This document shows positions 22,627-34,057 of a DNA stretch of 64,000 nucleotides, piece by piece (positions within the stretch are counted from its first letter, which is position 1; every line of letters begins with the position of its first letter). The stretch covers positions 92,637-156,636 of the forward strand of contig CAWJMT010000031.1 in assembly GCA_963844035.1 (NCBI GenBank). Reading direction: 5' to 3'. The position numbers were made by a program, and so were the translations under genes. The stretch comes from an uncultured Gemmatimonadales bacterium (lineage in GTDB: Bacteria; Gemmatimonadota; Gemmatimonadetes; Gemmatimonadales; GWC2-71-9). Below the pieces are notes generated by a model, which did no database searches, was not told where the DNA came from, and saw nothing but the letters and a program-made list of their open reading frames with translations.

Positions 22627-24791
22627 TCAATCGCGCCATGGCCGGTCTCGGCACCGCGCTCGCGCTCATGCTGGCGCCGGGCCTCGCGGCCCAAGGCACC
22701 GCCGTCGTGCACGGCACCGTGCGCGACTCGGCGACCGGGGGCCCGCTGCAGGGGGCGCAGGTCACCTTGGGTCCCACGCTCGCAGCCACCGACGCCGCCG
22801 GGCACTACATCTTCAAACGCGTACCTGCCGGGAAGGTCGTGATCGCGGTTCGGCGCCTGGGCTACGACTCGGCCTCCGCGCTGCTGACGCTCGCTGCGGG
22901 GGACTCGATCCGCCGGGACTTCACGCTGGCGCCCCACTCGGTCTCGCTCGAGCCGGTGGTCGTGACCGCGGGAAAGCGCTCCCAATTGCTCGATCAGGTG
23001 GTCACGAGCATCGCGATCGTCTCGGACACCGCGATCGCCCGCCGCGCCGTGAACACCGTGGACGAGGCCGTGGACAAGGCGCCCGGCGTGCAGATGCTGA
23101 ATGGCCAGATCAATATCCGAGGTTCGAGCGGATACGTCCTGGGGTTCGGCTCGCGCGTGCTGCTGCTCGTGGACGGTGTGCCCGCGAACCAGGGCGACCG
23201 GGGCGGCATCGATTGGGACTTGATCCCGCTCGAAGAGATCGAGCGTGTCGAGATCGTCAAAGGCGCGGGCTCCTCGCTGTACGGCTCGGCCGCCCTGGGC
23301 GGCGTCGCCAACCTCATTACGCGCGAGATCCCGAGGGGCATGCACGCGCGGGTGCGCGCCACGGGCGGAGCGTTCGCCAACCCGGCGGATGCCATCTGGG
23401 CGTTCCGCGACAAGACCGGAGCGCAGGGAGGCGTACAGGTCAACGGGTCTTACGGCGGCCGGGCGTTACGGGGCAGCCTTTCGGGCGGCGCCCGCCACTC
23501 GGACGGCTATCGCGAACAAGACCGCAACGACAGCTGGAATGTCGTTGGGAAGGCCGAGTGGCTCCAGTCCGCAGCCACCCGGCTGGCGCTGACGGGCTCG
23601 CATGTCGACCGCGAATACCAGACGCCGCTGCTGTGGTGCGAACAGGGTGGCTGCGACGATCGCGGTCTCGCGTACCAGCCGTACAGGATCGACACTGCGC
23701 AGGCGGGCGCATACACGCGCTCGGACAAGACGTTTGTCGCCGCCACCCTGCAGCATGCCGCGTCGCCGCGGATGACGTGGCTGGGCCGGGGCTCCTGGCT
23801 GCGGACCGATTTTACCAATCACCGGCCCGCGAGTGGAGAGTTCAGCGTGACGGATCGCTACGGGCTCGAGCTGCGCGGGGAGGCACGCCGCGCGGACGCG
23901 CGCGTCGTCGTGGTCGGGGCCGAGGGCGCGCGCACCGCCCTCACGAGCGACATTTTCGGCATCCACACCGAAACCGCGTTCGCCGGGTTCGCCGAGGCCG
24001 AGCAGCCGCTCGAGCTCCGCCCGGCTCACGGCCGGCGCGCGGCTCGACTACGTGGAGACGGATGGCGGCGGGCTGAGCGCGGTCGTGAGCCCGCGCATCG
24101 GCGTGGTGCTGCCGCGTAGCTCGGTGGTGTGGCGCGCGTCCGTGGGCCGCGGGTTCCGCGCTCCGTCGCTCGCCGAACGGTTCGTGCAAACGTCGATCTC
24201 GGGCGTAACTGCCGTCCCGAACCCCGACCTCGAGCCCGAAACAGGGTGGACGGCCGAGCTGGGCACCGGGATCTCGACGCCCTCCGCCATCCACGTCGAC
24301 GCCGCGCTGTTCTGGACCGAGGCCAGCAACTACATCGAGCCGGCCGTGGATCCCGCGACGCTGCTGATCCAGTTTCGCAACGTGCAGCGGGCCCGTCTGA
24401 TGGGACTGGACCTCTCGGTCAGGTCGGCCCCCATCGGATCGCCGCTCAGCCTCTCGCTCGCCTATACCTTCCTCTCGACGCGCCGCCTCGACACCATGCC
24501 GAGCCAGCCCCTCCCGTTCCGCCCCACCCACCTCCTCACGTTGGGGGCGGACTACGGCCGGGGACCGGTTTCGGTCGGGGCCGACTTCCGGTTCATGAGC
24601 CGGTACGAGGCGCCGCCCCACCGGCCCCCTCGTGTCTCCCAAGGTCCTCGACCTGCGCGCCAGCCTCCACCGCGGGACCGGTCGCCGCACAGCTGCTTTT
24701 CACCAACGCGCTGAACTACGTCTACAACCTCGCACCACGGACCCTCGCACCGGTGCGGACTTTCACGCTTGCGGTGTCGTGGAAGTATTAG
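22623..24791 (+). CDS. TonB-dependent receptor with N-terminal carboxypeptidase-regulatory-like domain (frameshifts)
   Basis: GTVRDSATG.PL.GA.V, VVVTAG, IERVEIVKGAGSSLYGSAALGGV, GFRAPSL.E, NPDLEPE, C-terminal WKY. Confidence 0.92.
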
Positions 24792-24800
24792 ATTGGCGCC

Positions 24801-25331
24801 ATGCTTCGTCACGTTCCCCTGCCCCTGACCCTCCTGTTCGGAGCGGCAACCGGCTGGGCGGGGTGCGCGGGAGACCGCAACCGGTCCCCGATGTGCGGCA
24901 TCGCGCAGCTCGCGGGGCCGGCCCTGATCCAGCAGCAGCTCGTCAACCTGCCGTCCGTGCTCACCGAGGCACCCCGGGGACTGCCGACCTCCTTGCCTGC
25001 GCGGGTGGTGTTCGTAGGGGAAGGCCCGAAGCCAGCGCCGGGCGAGGTGCTGACCGCCTACAACGGACCCCAGCTGGTGATGGGGTACCAGGGCGACGGG
25101 TTTCCGGCCGCGCCCGGCGGGTACGGCCTGCTGGTGGTGGACGACTCGACCCGGCGGGCGCAGGGCGTCCTGGTCTACGAGTCCACGGTCCCGAAGAACT
25201 ATCCCGAGCTCGGGACCATCAGTGGCGCCGACCGCAGCATTCCCTTGTTCGGCGTGCGGGTGAACTGGGCCGGCGTGAACAACCCACGCTGCCCGTTACT
25301 CGGACCCGCCACACCGGATGCGGCCCCATGA
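24801..25331 (+). CDS. Hypothetical lipoprotein
   Basis: WAGC lipobox-like motif, clean 176-aa ORF. Confidence 0.65.
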   Translation: MLRHVPLPLTLLFGAATGWAGCAGDRNRSPMCGIAQLAGPALIQQQLVNLPSVLTEAPRGLPTSLPARVVFVGEGPKPAPGEVLTAYNGPQLVMGYQGDGFPAAPGGYGLLVVDDSTRRAQGVLVYESTVPKNYPELGTISGADRSIPLFGVRVNWAGVNNPRCPLLGPATPDAAP

Positions 25332-26012
25332 GCGCGATCGTCGCCGTGTCGTCCCCCCGGCGGACCGACGAGGGCCGCGAGCGGGTGGCGTTGAACAGCG
25401 CGTACGTCGTGGCCCTGGTGCGCGCGGGACTGGTGCCCGTTATCGTCCCGCCGCTGCTCGAGCCGGACCGGGCGCCCGAAGTTCTGGACCACGTCGCCGG
25501 CCTGGTGCTGACCGGGGGCAATGACGTCGATCCCGCGCGCTACCACGCCGCCCCCCATCCCAGGTTGGGCGAGACCGACTCCGGCGCGCGACGCCGTCGA
25601 GCTGGCGCTGCTCGCCGGAGCAGAGGCGCGCGGCCTGCCGACCCTCGCCATCTGTCGCGGGATTCAGCTCCTGAACGTGGCGCTGGGTGGCACGCTGTAC
25701 CAGGATCTTCCGAGCGAGCACCCCAGCGCGATCGACCACGTCGGCCCGGGCGCGCGTCACCCGCTGCGGGTGCAGCCCGGCTCTCAGATCTCGCGCGCGG
25801 TCGGGGCCGGGTCACAGCCCGTGATCAGCCGGCACCATCAGGCGATCCGTGATCTCGCGCCGGGCCTGCGGGCGACCGCGTGGGCCTCGGACGAGGTGAT
25901 CGAAGGTGTCGAACGCGCCAACGGCGGACCGTGGACGCTGGCCGTGCAGTGGCACCCGGAGGATGACGTCGAGACCGGGTTGTTCGCGATGTTCGCGGAG
26001 GTGGTGCGATGA
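25328..26012 (+). CDS. Peptidase C26 / gamma-glutamyl-GABA hydrolase family (frameshift near 25585)
   Basis: LTGGNDVDP, AICRGIQLLNVALGGTLYQD, HHQA, VQWHPE. Confidence 0.92.
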
Positions 26013-26431
26013 ACCTGGCATTTCCGTCGTCCGAGTGGATCGCGGCGTACCGCGACCAGATCAACGCGAGTACGACCTACCGCCAGGCGTCCACCGAATG
26101 GACCCACGGCGCCGTCGCCCTGGTGGTGAACCCGCAGCCGGCGATCGGGCTGGCCGAGGCAGTCGGGATATGGCTCGACCTGGAGCGCGGCGTCTGCCGC
26201 GCGGCGAACGTGGTGACGGCCAGTGAGGCACTGACGGCGCCGTTCGTCCTCACCAGCGACTACGGCCGCTGGAAGGAGGTCATCCGCAAGGAGCTCGCGC
26301 CGGTCGCCGGCATCATGCAGCGGAAGATCGTTCTCCAGGGCTCGCTCGCCATCGTGGTGCGGTTCATCAAGTCCGCCGAAGCGCTGGTGGAAGCAGCGAC
26401 GCAGGTGCCGACGCGATTTCTGGACGAGTGA
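26009..26431 (+). CDS. SCP2 sterol-binding domain protein
   Basis: FPSSEWI, LDLERGVCR, Y..WK.VI..EL.P..GIM..K..L.G. Confidence 0.8.
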   Translation: MNLAFPSSEWIAAYRDQINASTTYRQASTEWTHGAVALVVNPQPAIGLAEAVGIWLDLERGVCRAANVVTASEALTAPFVLTSDYGRWKEVIRKELAPVAGIMQRKIVLQGSLAIVVRFIKSAEALVEAATQVPTRFLDE

Positions 26432-26444
26432 GAGCTACAACGGC

Positions 26445-26472
26445 GGTGTCAGGTGTCAGGTGTCAGGTGTCA
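26445..26472. repeat. (GGTGTCA)x4 heptamer tandem repeat
   Basis: Same unit as 18549-18620; lies between convergent genes. Confidence 0.85.
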
Positions 26473-26480
26473 GAGACGAC

Positions 26481-27188
26481 TTACATGCTCCGCAGGATCT
26501 TGTCCGGCGTCGTGACGTTCGGGAAGAACACGCGGTCGCTCAGCCGGTTGAACGCGACCCGCAGCGCCGGGAAGCGATCCGCCGCGGCGCGGAAGATGGC
26601 GGCGACGCCGAAGTGGTCCGCGAGCCGGTGACGCGACGCCAGGTCGTAGCCGTGGCGCCCCAGCTCGTCATAGTAGGGAAGATCGGGACCGCCGGCGCGG
26701 CTGCGCCGTGCCGCGATGTAGTCCGGGAAAAGTCCCGCGAGCCACAAGGCGTAGTTCCCGAGGTGCATCTGGAGCAGGAATCCCCGCTCGCCGCCTTCAC
26801 CGGACTCAGCCAGGCCCGCCACGATGTCCACCAGATAGTGGTAGGACGCGTCGTCGGCCTGTCGAATCCGGGCATGCCGGTCGTGGCTGCCGAACTCGAG
26901 CAGCAGCGCCGCGAGGTAGTCCGCGAGGTCGCGATCGTCCACGCCCCCGGCGAGCAGCGTGTGCCGCACCGCCACGTACGCGAACAACGGCGGCGACGGC
27001 TGAACGAGGGAGCGCACCGCCAGCAGCGCGGCGAGCAGCGCCGGGTCGTCGAGCAGGCGATCCGGGCCCTCCTCCAGGAGCAGGCGCTCGCAGCGCGCGC
27101 GCCGCGCGGCGTCGCCGCGCCCGAGCGCAAGTACGACCAGCCGCAGGTCCACGGCCCGCAAACGGCTGCGCAGGTTCGCTAGAATCAT
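26481..27188 (-). CDS. Conserved-looking hypothetical protein
   Basis: AAGGAG RBS; ADYLAALL..FG, HLGNYALWLAGLFPDYI, YYDELGR.GY. Confidence 0.75.
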   Translation of the reverse strand: MILANLRSRLRAVDLRLVVLALGRGDAARRARCERLLLEEGPDRLLDDPALLAALLAVRSLVQPSPPLFAYVAVRHTLLAGGVDDRDLADYLAALLLEFGSHDRHARIRQADDASYHYLVDIVAGLAESGEGGERGFLLQMHLGNYALWLAGLFPDYIAARRSRAGGPDLPYYDELGRHGYDLASRHRLADHFGVAAIFRAAADRFPALRVAFNRLSDRVFFPNVTTPDKILRSM

Positions 27189-29140
27189 GACCACTCCTTC
27201 CACCGGTTCAGCACCGCGCGACAGCTCAGCCCTGCTGACGCTCCTCACCACGCTGTCCCAGGAGCTCACGGGCGCCTACCGCCCGGCGACCGCCGTGGAG
27301 CTGGCGGCGCGCACCCTGGTCGAGGTCCTCGCTCCCAGCCGCATCACGATCGTGTTGCTCGATGCGGAGACCAACAAGCTAGCGGTCGCCTACGATTCGG
27401 CGCCCGAGCCCGCCGCCGTCGACGATCCCCTGCTCCAAATGGCCCTCCGGCGCGGGCCGCTGCTGCTCGCCCGCAACGTCGCCGCCGAGGCCCGCAAGGT
27501 CGGGGTGGCGCTCGGCCCCGACGCGCCGGACTCGTGGATCGGCGCACCGCGTCGTCGCCGCGGGACAACTCATCGGCGCCGTGTCGGTGTCCGCGGGGCG
27601 AGTCCCACGCATTCACCCAGCGCGACTTGCTCATCGTCGGCGCGGTCGCCGCCCAGGTCGCTATCGGGCTCGAGAACGCCCGGCTCGTCGAGCTGCTCTC
27701 GAGCGCCAAGCGCGAGTGGGAGCAGACGGTCGACGCCATCACCCAGGGCATCTGCATCATCGACGCGGAGGGACTCGTGCGCCGCGCCAACCGCGTGTTC
27801 GCCGAGCTCGTGCAGACGCCCGTCACCGCGATTCCCGGCCGCCCCTGGCTCGCCCTGCTGCCACCAGGGTGGGCCGATCCGGTGGGCCGCGCGGTGATGG
27901 AGCGCACCCCGAGCACCGTTGAGCTGCGGGCGGGCGACCGTCCGCTCATGCTTTCGACCATTCCGCTCGCCGACCGCAGCGCCGTCCTCGTCTTCGAGGA
28001 CCAGACCGACAAGCGCCGGCTGCAGGATCAGCTCATACAGTCTGAGAAGATGTCCGCGATCGGTCAACTCATCGCCGGCGTGGCCCACGACCTCAACAAC
28101 CCGCTCGCGTCGGTGGTGGGGTTCTCGGACTTCCTCATGGACGCGCGGCGAGGTTCCCCCCGCGCTCGTCGAGCCGCTGCAGGTGATCCGCCAGGAGGCC
28201 GAGCGCGCCGCCACGATCGTCAAGAACCTGCTGTCGTTCGCGCGCAGCCAGGAGGGCGAGCGGAAGGTCCAGCCGATCGGACCGATCCTCGAGTCCACGC
28301 TGGCCCTGCTGCGCAACCAGCTCATGGCCCACAAGGTCGAGGCGACGCTCGAGATCGAGCCCGACCTGCCCGAGCTGGAAGTGAGCGCGAATCAGATCAA
28401 GCAGGTGTTCGTGAACATCATCAACAACGCCGCGCAGGCGATCGCCAGCGACCAAGCGCAGCGGCCGGATCTGGATCACCGCCAAACGCTGGCTCGACGG
28501 CGTGGCCATCGCCATCGCCGACAACGGCCCCGGCATCCCGGAGGCGATCTCGCAGCACGTGTTCGAGCCGTTCTTCACCACCAAGCAAGAAGGCGAAGGC
28601 ACGGGCCTCGGCCTCTCGATCTGTCAGGGCATCGTGAAGGAGCACGGAGGCAGGATGACGCTCGACACGCGGCCGGGCGCGGGAGTGACGTTCACGGTCG
28701 AGCTGCCGGGCGGGTTCGACCACGCCGCGCCCCTCCCAGGCGATCGAGACCCTCGTCGACACGCCGCCCGCTGCGCGTGCTGGTCGTGGACGACGAGCCG
28801 CACATCCTCTACTACATGCGCTCGACGCTGGAGAGCTGGGGCCACACGGTGGAGGTGGCCACCGATGGGGCGTACGCGCTCGAGCGGATCCTGGCCGATC
28901 CGTTCGACGCGATCATCTGCGACCTGCGCATGCCCCACCTCGGCGGCCGCGAGATGTATCACCGGCTGGCCCAGCAGAACCCGCAAGCGGCCACAACGGA
29001 TCATCTTCGCCACCGGCGACACGGTCCGCGGCGATACCCTGCATTTCCTCGAGGCCCTGGGACGGCCCTACCTCCATAAGCCGTTCACCCTCGCCGAGCT
29101 CCGCCACATGCTCGGGCGGGTGGTGGCCCAGCCGCACTGA
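27187..29140 (+). CDS. Hybrid sensor histidine kinase (GAF-PAS-HisKA-HATPase-REC), frameshifts
   Basis: [60 protein letters not shown]. Confidence 0.92.
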
Positions 29141-29147
29141 GCGACCT

Positions 29148-30199
29148 CTGCGGGTTCTCCAGATCGACTCCGGCCGCCAATGGCGCGGCGGACAGAACCA
29201 GGTGCGATTGCTCGCGCGCGCCCTCCGGCAGGAGCATGGGATCGAGCAGCGGCTGGTCACGCGGCGGGGCAGCGAGCTCGCCCGCCGCGCCGCGCAGGAC
29301 GGCGTCGCCGTCCGGGAAATCGCGTGGGCGATGGGGCTCGACCCGCGCGCCTGGTGGCACCTCGTAACGGAAGGCCGCGACTTCCGGCCCGACGTGATCC
29401 ACGCGCACAACAACCACGCTCTCTCGCTCGCGCTCTGGGCCAGGACCGCCCTCCGCCGCCGGCCGGCCGCCGCACCTCGTCGTCACGCGCCGCGTCCTGT
29501 TCCCCGTGCGGCCCGGAAGCGCCCTGTTCCGCGCCGATCGCATCATCGCGATCTCGGAAGCGGTACGGGTCGCGCTCGTCGCCGCCGGGATACCGCCGGC
29601 GCGTATCGCGCTCGTCCCCTCCGGCATCGACCCGGACGATGTGCGGCGCGCCGCCGCCTACCCACTCGGGATCCGCGAGCGGCTCGGCCTCCCCGCGGCG
29701 ACGCCGCTGGCCGCGAACATCGCGGCGCTCGAACACGCCAAGGACCAGGCCACGCTCATCCGCGCCGCGGCGCTCGCCCATGAGCACCGCGCCGATCTTC
29801 ATTGGGTGATCGCGGGTACAGGACCGCTGCGGCCGGCGCTGCTGGCCGAGGCGGAGCGGCTGGGCCTGACGGACCGGATGCACTTCATCGGCTGGACCGA
29901 TCACCCGGAGGCATTGATGCGAGAGGCCGATGTCTTTGTGATGTCGTCCCGCACGGAGGGTCTGGGGACGATCGTGCTCGACGCGCTGGCACTCGGCAAG
30001 CCGGTGGTCGCGACGAGCGGAGGCGGCCTGTCGGAAATCGTCCCGGCGGAGTGGCTCGTCGGCGTGGGCGACGCCGCGGCCCTGGCGCAGAAGGTCGTTC
30101 GTGCGCTGGAGCGACCCTTCCCCCTTCCCCCTTCCCTCGCAGTACACCGCCACGGCGATGGCGCAGGGCGTGTTGGCCACGTATCGCGCCCTCGCCTAG
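29148..30199 (+). CDS. GT4 family glycosyltransferase (start uncertain, frameshifts)
   Basis: QIDSGRQWRGGQNQV, DVIHAH, SRTEGLGTIVLDALALGKPVVAT. Confidence 0.9.
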
Positions 30200-30215
30200 C
30201 TAGATTGCAAGCCTC

Positions 30216-31678
30216 ATGATCTACGTCTGCGTTCCGGTCCACAACGAAGCCCGTACCGCGGGACTCGTCCTGTGGAAGGTGCGACAGGTCTTCACGACCT
30301 ACCCGCGTGAATACCACCTCCTGGTGTGCGACGACGGATCGACCGACGCCACCGCCCAGGTGCTCGCCGCGTATGCCAAGGTGCTGCCGATGAGCATCGT
30401 GACGCATCGAGAGCGCCGCGGCTACGCCAAGAGCCTCGAAGAGCTGCTGCGCCTCGCGCTCCAGCGCACCGACCGGCCCAAACGGGATTGCGCCATCACG
30501 CTCCACGCCGATTTCAGCCATCCGCCGGACGTGATGGTAGAGATGGTACGACGCCTCGAGTCGGGGTGCGACGTGATCGTCGCGGAGCTGACCGACGAGG
30601 GGAAGCACGTCCAATCGCATGTTTCGCTGGGTGCGGCGCTGGGCGCCCCGGCTCCTGTCGGTGCCGGGGGTGCGTGACACCCTGTCGGGCTACATCGCCC
30701 TGCGGCTGATCGTGTGGCGCCACGCGCAGCGCGCCGGACGGGACCCCGCTGCTCACCACCGACGGCTGGAGCGCGAATGCCGAGCTGTTGGCGCGGCTGC
30801 TGCCGCACGCCCGCCGCACGGAGACGGTGGCAGCGGCGGCGCGCTTCGATCTGGCGCAGCGCCCGCCGCGCACCACCCCGTGGCAACAGCTGGTCGGCGC
30901 CTGGCGGTCCCGCGCCGCGATCCGCGCGGCGCGGCGCACCGTCGCGCTGTTGCTCCTCTGCGCCCTGCCGCGGTTCGGCGGTGCGCAGGACGGCACGCCC
31001 CCGCTCCATCCCGTGCCATTTCCCGTGGGGGAGCGCCTGGTGTACGCCGCCCGGTTGGGGGTGTTCAGCGTGGGCGAGGCCACCATGGAGGTGGCGGGGC
31101 TCGATACCGTGCGCGGCGCCGAGAACGGTGCACCTCCGCTTCCACATCGCGGGGGCGCCCTGTGGTACCATCTCGACCAGACGCTCGAGTCGTGGGTGGG
31201 AAAGGCCGATTTCCGGTCCCGCCGCTTCGTGAACCACACCGAGGAGAAGGACAAGAAGTGGGACCGCACGTTCGACATCTTCCCCGACTCAGGGTTCTAT
31301 CGGGAAGCCGGGAAGGACTCGACGAAGCCGACCGTCCCTGATCCGCTCGACGATGCGGCGTTCCTCTACTGGATCCGCACCGTGCCGCTCAAGGTCGGTC
31401 AGAAGTACGAGTACCGGCGCTACTTCCGGATGGAGCGCAATCCGGTGATCGTCGAAGTGCTGGGACGCGACAAGGTGAACGTGGCGGGGCGAAAGTGGGA
31501 TGCGATCATCCTGCGACCGAGGATTCCCAACGGCGGCGGCATCTTCGCCGAGAAATCGGAGGCCCGAATGTGGCTCTCCGATGATGCCGACCGCTTGGTG
31601 CTGGGGTTGCAGTCGAAGTTCTCGTTCGGCATGATGACGCTGAAGCTCAAGGAGTACTCCGTCCCGGGGCGTCCATGA
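30216..31678 (+). CDS. GT2 glycosyltransferase running in frame into a DUF3108-like domain (possibly two genes)
   Basis: PVHNEA, DDGSTD, HADFSH; then FPVGERLVY, MWLSDDADRL. Confidence 0.7.
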
Positions 31679-32631
31679 CCGACTACCGCGAAGCGGACCT
31701 GTCGCGCCTCAAGACCGTTCCGATTTCGCGGCGGCCCAGCAAGGTCGAGCCCTCCCTCCTCGCCCACCCTCCCGGCTCGGACGCGACCTTCAAAGCGTTC
31801 CTGCAATCACTCCCCGACATCCTGGCGGCGCGGGACCTGCACTTCGTCGTCGATCAGCTGGTGCGCGCCGGCGGCCGGCGCGCGGTCGTGGCGATGCTCG
31901 GCGGGCACGTGATCAAGGTCGGCCTCGGACCGCTGCTGATCGAGCTGATGCGGCGCCGCGTGATCACCCACGTCGCGATGAACGGCAGCGCCGCGATCCA
32001 CGACTTCGAGCTGGCCGCCTACGGCGGGACGAGCGAGGACGTCGTGGCCGGTCTGGCGGACGGGTCGTTCGGCATGGTCGAGGAAACCGGCCGCGACATG
32101 AATGCGGCGATCGTCGAGGGCGCGCGCGACGGGCGCGGCATGGGCGAAGCGCTGGCGGAGCAGCTGCGGCGGCGCCGCACGCTCGTCGCCCCGCAGGTGT
32201 CGGTCCTGCTGTCGTGCGCGACGCTCGGCGTCCCCGTCACGGTGCACACCGCGATCGGCGCCGAGATCATCCACATGCATCCCACCGCCGACGGTGCCGC
32301 CATCGGCGCCACGAGCCAGCGCGACTTCCTGCGCCTCGCCGAGGCGCTCCCCGCGCTCGACGACGGCGGCGTGGTGCTGAACCTGGGAAGCGCGGTGATC
32401 ATGCCCGAGGTGTTCGTGAAGGCGCTGAGCATCGCCCGCAACCTGCACGGCGGCAAGCCGACGAACTTCACCGCGTGCGACTGCGACATGCAGCGGCACT
32501 ATCGTCCGCGGGTGAATGTCGTGGAACGGCCGACCCTCGCGGGCGGCCGCGGGGTGCAGCTCACCGGCCATCACGAGCTGCTGATCCCGCTGCTCTGCTG
32601 GGCGGTGCTCAATCGGCTGGACGAGCGGTAG
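31675..32631 (+). CDS. Deoxyhypusine-synthase-like (DHS-like fold) protein
   Basis: GGHVIKVGL, AMNGSAAIHDFE, FGMVEETG, GSAVIMPEVFVKAL, GHHELLIP. Confidence 0.7.
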   Translation: MTDYREADLSRLKTVPISRRPSKVEPSLLAHPPGSDATFKAFLQSLPDILAARDLHFVVDQLVRAGGRRAVVAMLGGHVIKVGLGPLLIELMRRRVITHVAMNGSAAIHDFELAAYGGTSEDVVAGLADGSFGMVEETGRDMNAAIVEGARDGRGMGEALAEQLRRRRTLVAPQVSVLLSCATLGVPVTVHTAIGAEIIHMHPTADGAAIGATSQRDFLRLAEALPALDDGGVVLNLGSAVIMPEVFVKALSIARNLHGGKPTNFTACDCDMQRHYRPRVNVVERPTLAGGRGVQLTGHHELLIPLLCWAVLNRLDER

Positions 32632-32863
32632 GCGTGCGCGCTACGTACGGTCCGCCTGGACGACCGAGGATCAACTCGCGCACCTTGGCGGCGGTCCCGG
32701 GACTGATCAGGCGCAGACCGAGATAAATGATAAAGCCGAAGGCGGCCCACACCAGCACCGTCATCGCCACGCCGATCACGATACCGAACAGTGCGAAGAA
32801 CAGCTTGATCGCCACGAGGGCCACGACGGCGAAAATCGCGAACCCGAATATGCTCCGGAACAT
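32609..32863 (-). CDS. Small membrane protein
   Basis: AAGGAG RBS, MFRSIFGFAIFAVVALVAIKLFF, two TM segments. Confidence 0.75.
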   Translation of the reverse strand: MFRSIFGFAIFAVVALVAIKLFFALFGIVIGVAMTVLVWAAFGFIIYLGLRLISPGTAAKVRELILGRPGGPYVARTPTARPAD

Positions 32864-32927
32864 GGTCTTCTCCTTGAAACCCCGGTGTTGGGGCGTACGT
32901 GGCAATCTAGTAGCGGGTTTCAACCCG

Positions 32928-34053
32928 GTGCCAGCACGTGCGCACGGTGTGACGTCGCGGTGATCGGCGGCGGCGTGGTGGGCGCGGCGTGCGCCCGCGC
33001 CGCCGCGTTGCACGGGCTCGCCGTCGCCGTGTTCGAGCCCGGTCCCACCCCGGGCGCCGCGTCGCCCGCGTCGGCGGGCATGCTGGCCGCGCAGATCGAG
33101 CCGACCGACGCCGACACCTTCAGCCTCGCCGTCCGCGCGCGCGACCTGTACGAGCCGCTCGCGCCCCAGCTGCGTGACAGCCACGGGCATCGACATCGGA
33201 TTCTGGCGGCCCGGCATCGCGTCGCTCGCGTTCGACGACGCGCGCGCGGGAGCGGCTCAGGAACGAAGTCGGCGCGCAACGCCAGGCCGGGCCTGCGGTG
33301 CGACTGGCTCGAGCCGGACGACGTGCGCGAGCGCTGGCCCGGAACAGCCGCGGAATGCCGGGGCGCGTTGTTCGCCTCGGAGGACGGCGCGCTCGATCCC
33401 CAGGCGCTCGCGCGCGCCTGCCTGGCCGATGCGCGCCGCCTGGGCGCGACGCTCGTCCCCGAAACAGGTCGAGTCGGTCACGGTCGCGGGCGGGAAGGCG
33501 ACCGGCGTGACGACGGCGCAGGGCCCGACGAGCGCCGGGCACGTCGTGATCGCCGCCGGGGCGTGGTCTCCCACGATCGGCGCGCTGCCGCGCGCGCTCC
33601 CGGTCGAGCCGGTCCGCGGGCAGATGGCGGCCACGCCGTGGCCCGCCGGTACGCCCGCCGCCATTCTGTACGACGGCGAGGGCTACGTGTTGGCGCGCGG
33701 GGACGAAGCGCTGCTGGGCAGCACGATGGAGCACTCGGGGTTCGACTGCCACGTCACCAACGAAGGCCTCGCCCAGATCTTCCGCGGCGCGGCCCGGCTG
33801 CTGCCGGCGCTGATGCCGGCGGTGGTGCTGCGCACCTGGGCGGGACTGCGCCCCCTCACACCGGACGGCCGGCCCGTGGTGGGCCGCGATCCCGAAGCTC
33901 GATCACCTGTGGTACGCGACCGGACACGGACGCAACGGCGTGTTGCTCGCCGCGCTGACGGGAGAGGTGATCGGCGACCTGCTGAGCACGGGCAAGACCA
34001 GCGTCGACGTGGCCGGCTGGCAGCCGGGCCGCCTGCGCGCGGGCGAGGCGTAG
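32928..34053 (+). CDS. thiO: Glycine oxidase ThiO-like FAD-dependent oxidoreductase (frameshifts)
   Basis: VIGGGVVG, ASPASAGMLA, AAGAWS, PVRGQM, WAGLRP.TPDG.P, GHGRNGVLLA. Confidence 0.8.
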
Positions 34054-34057
34054 CGCC

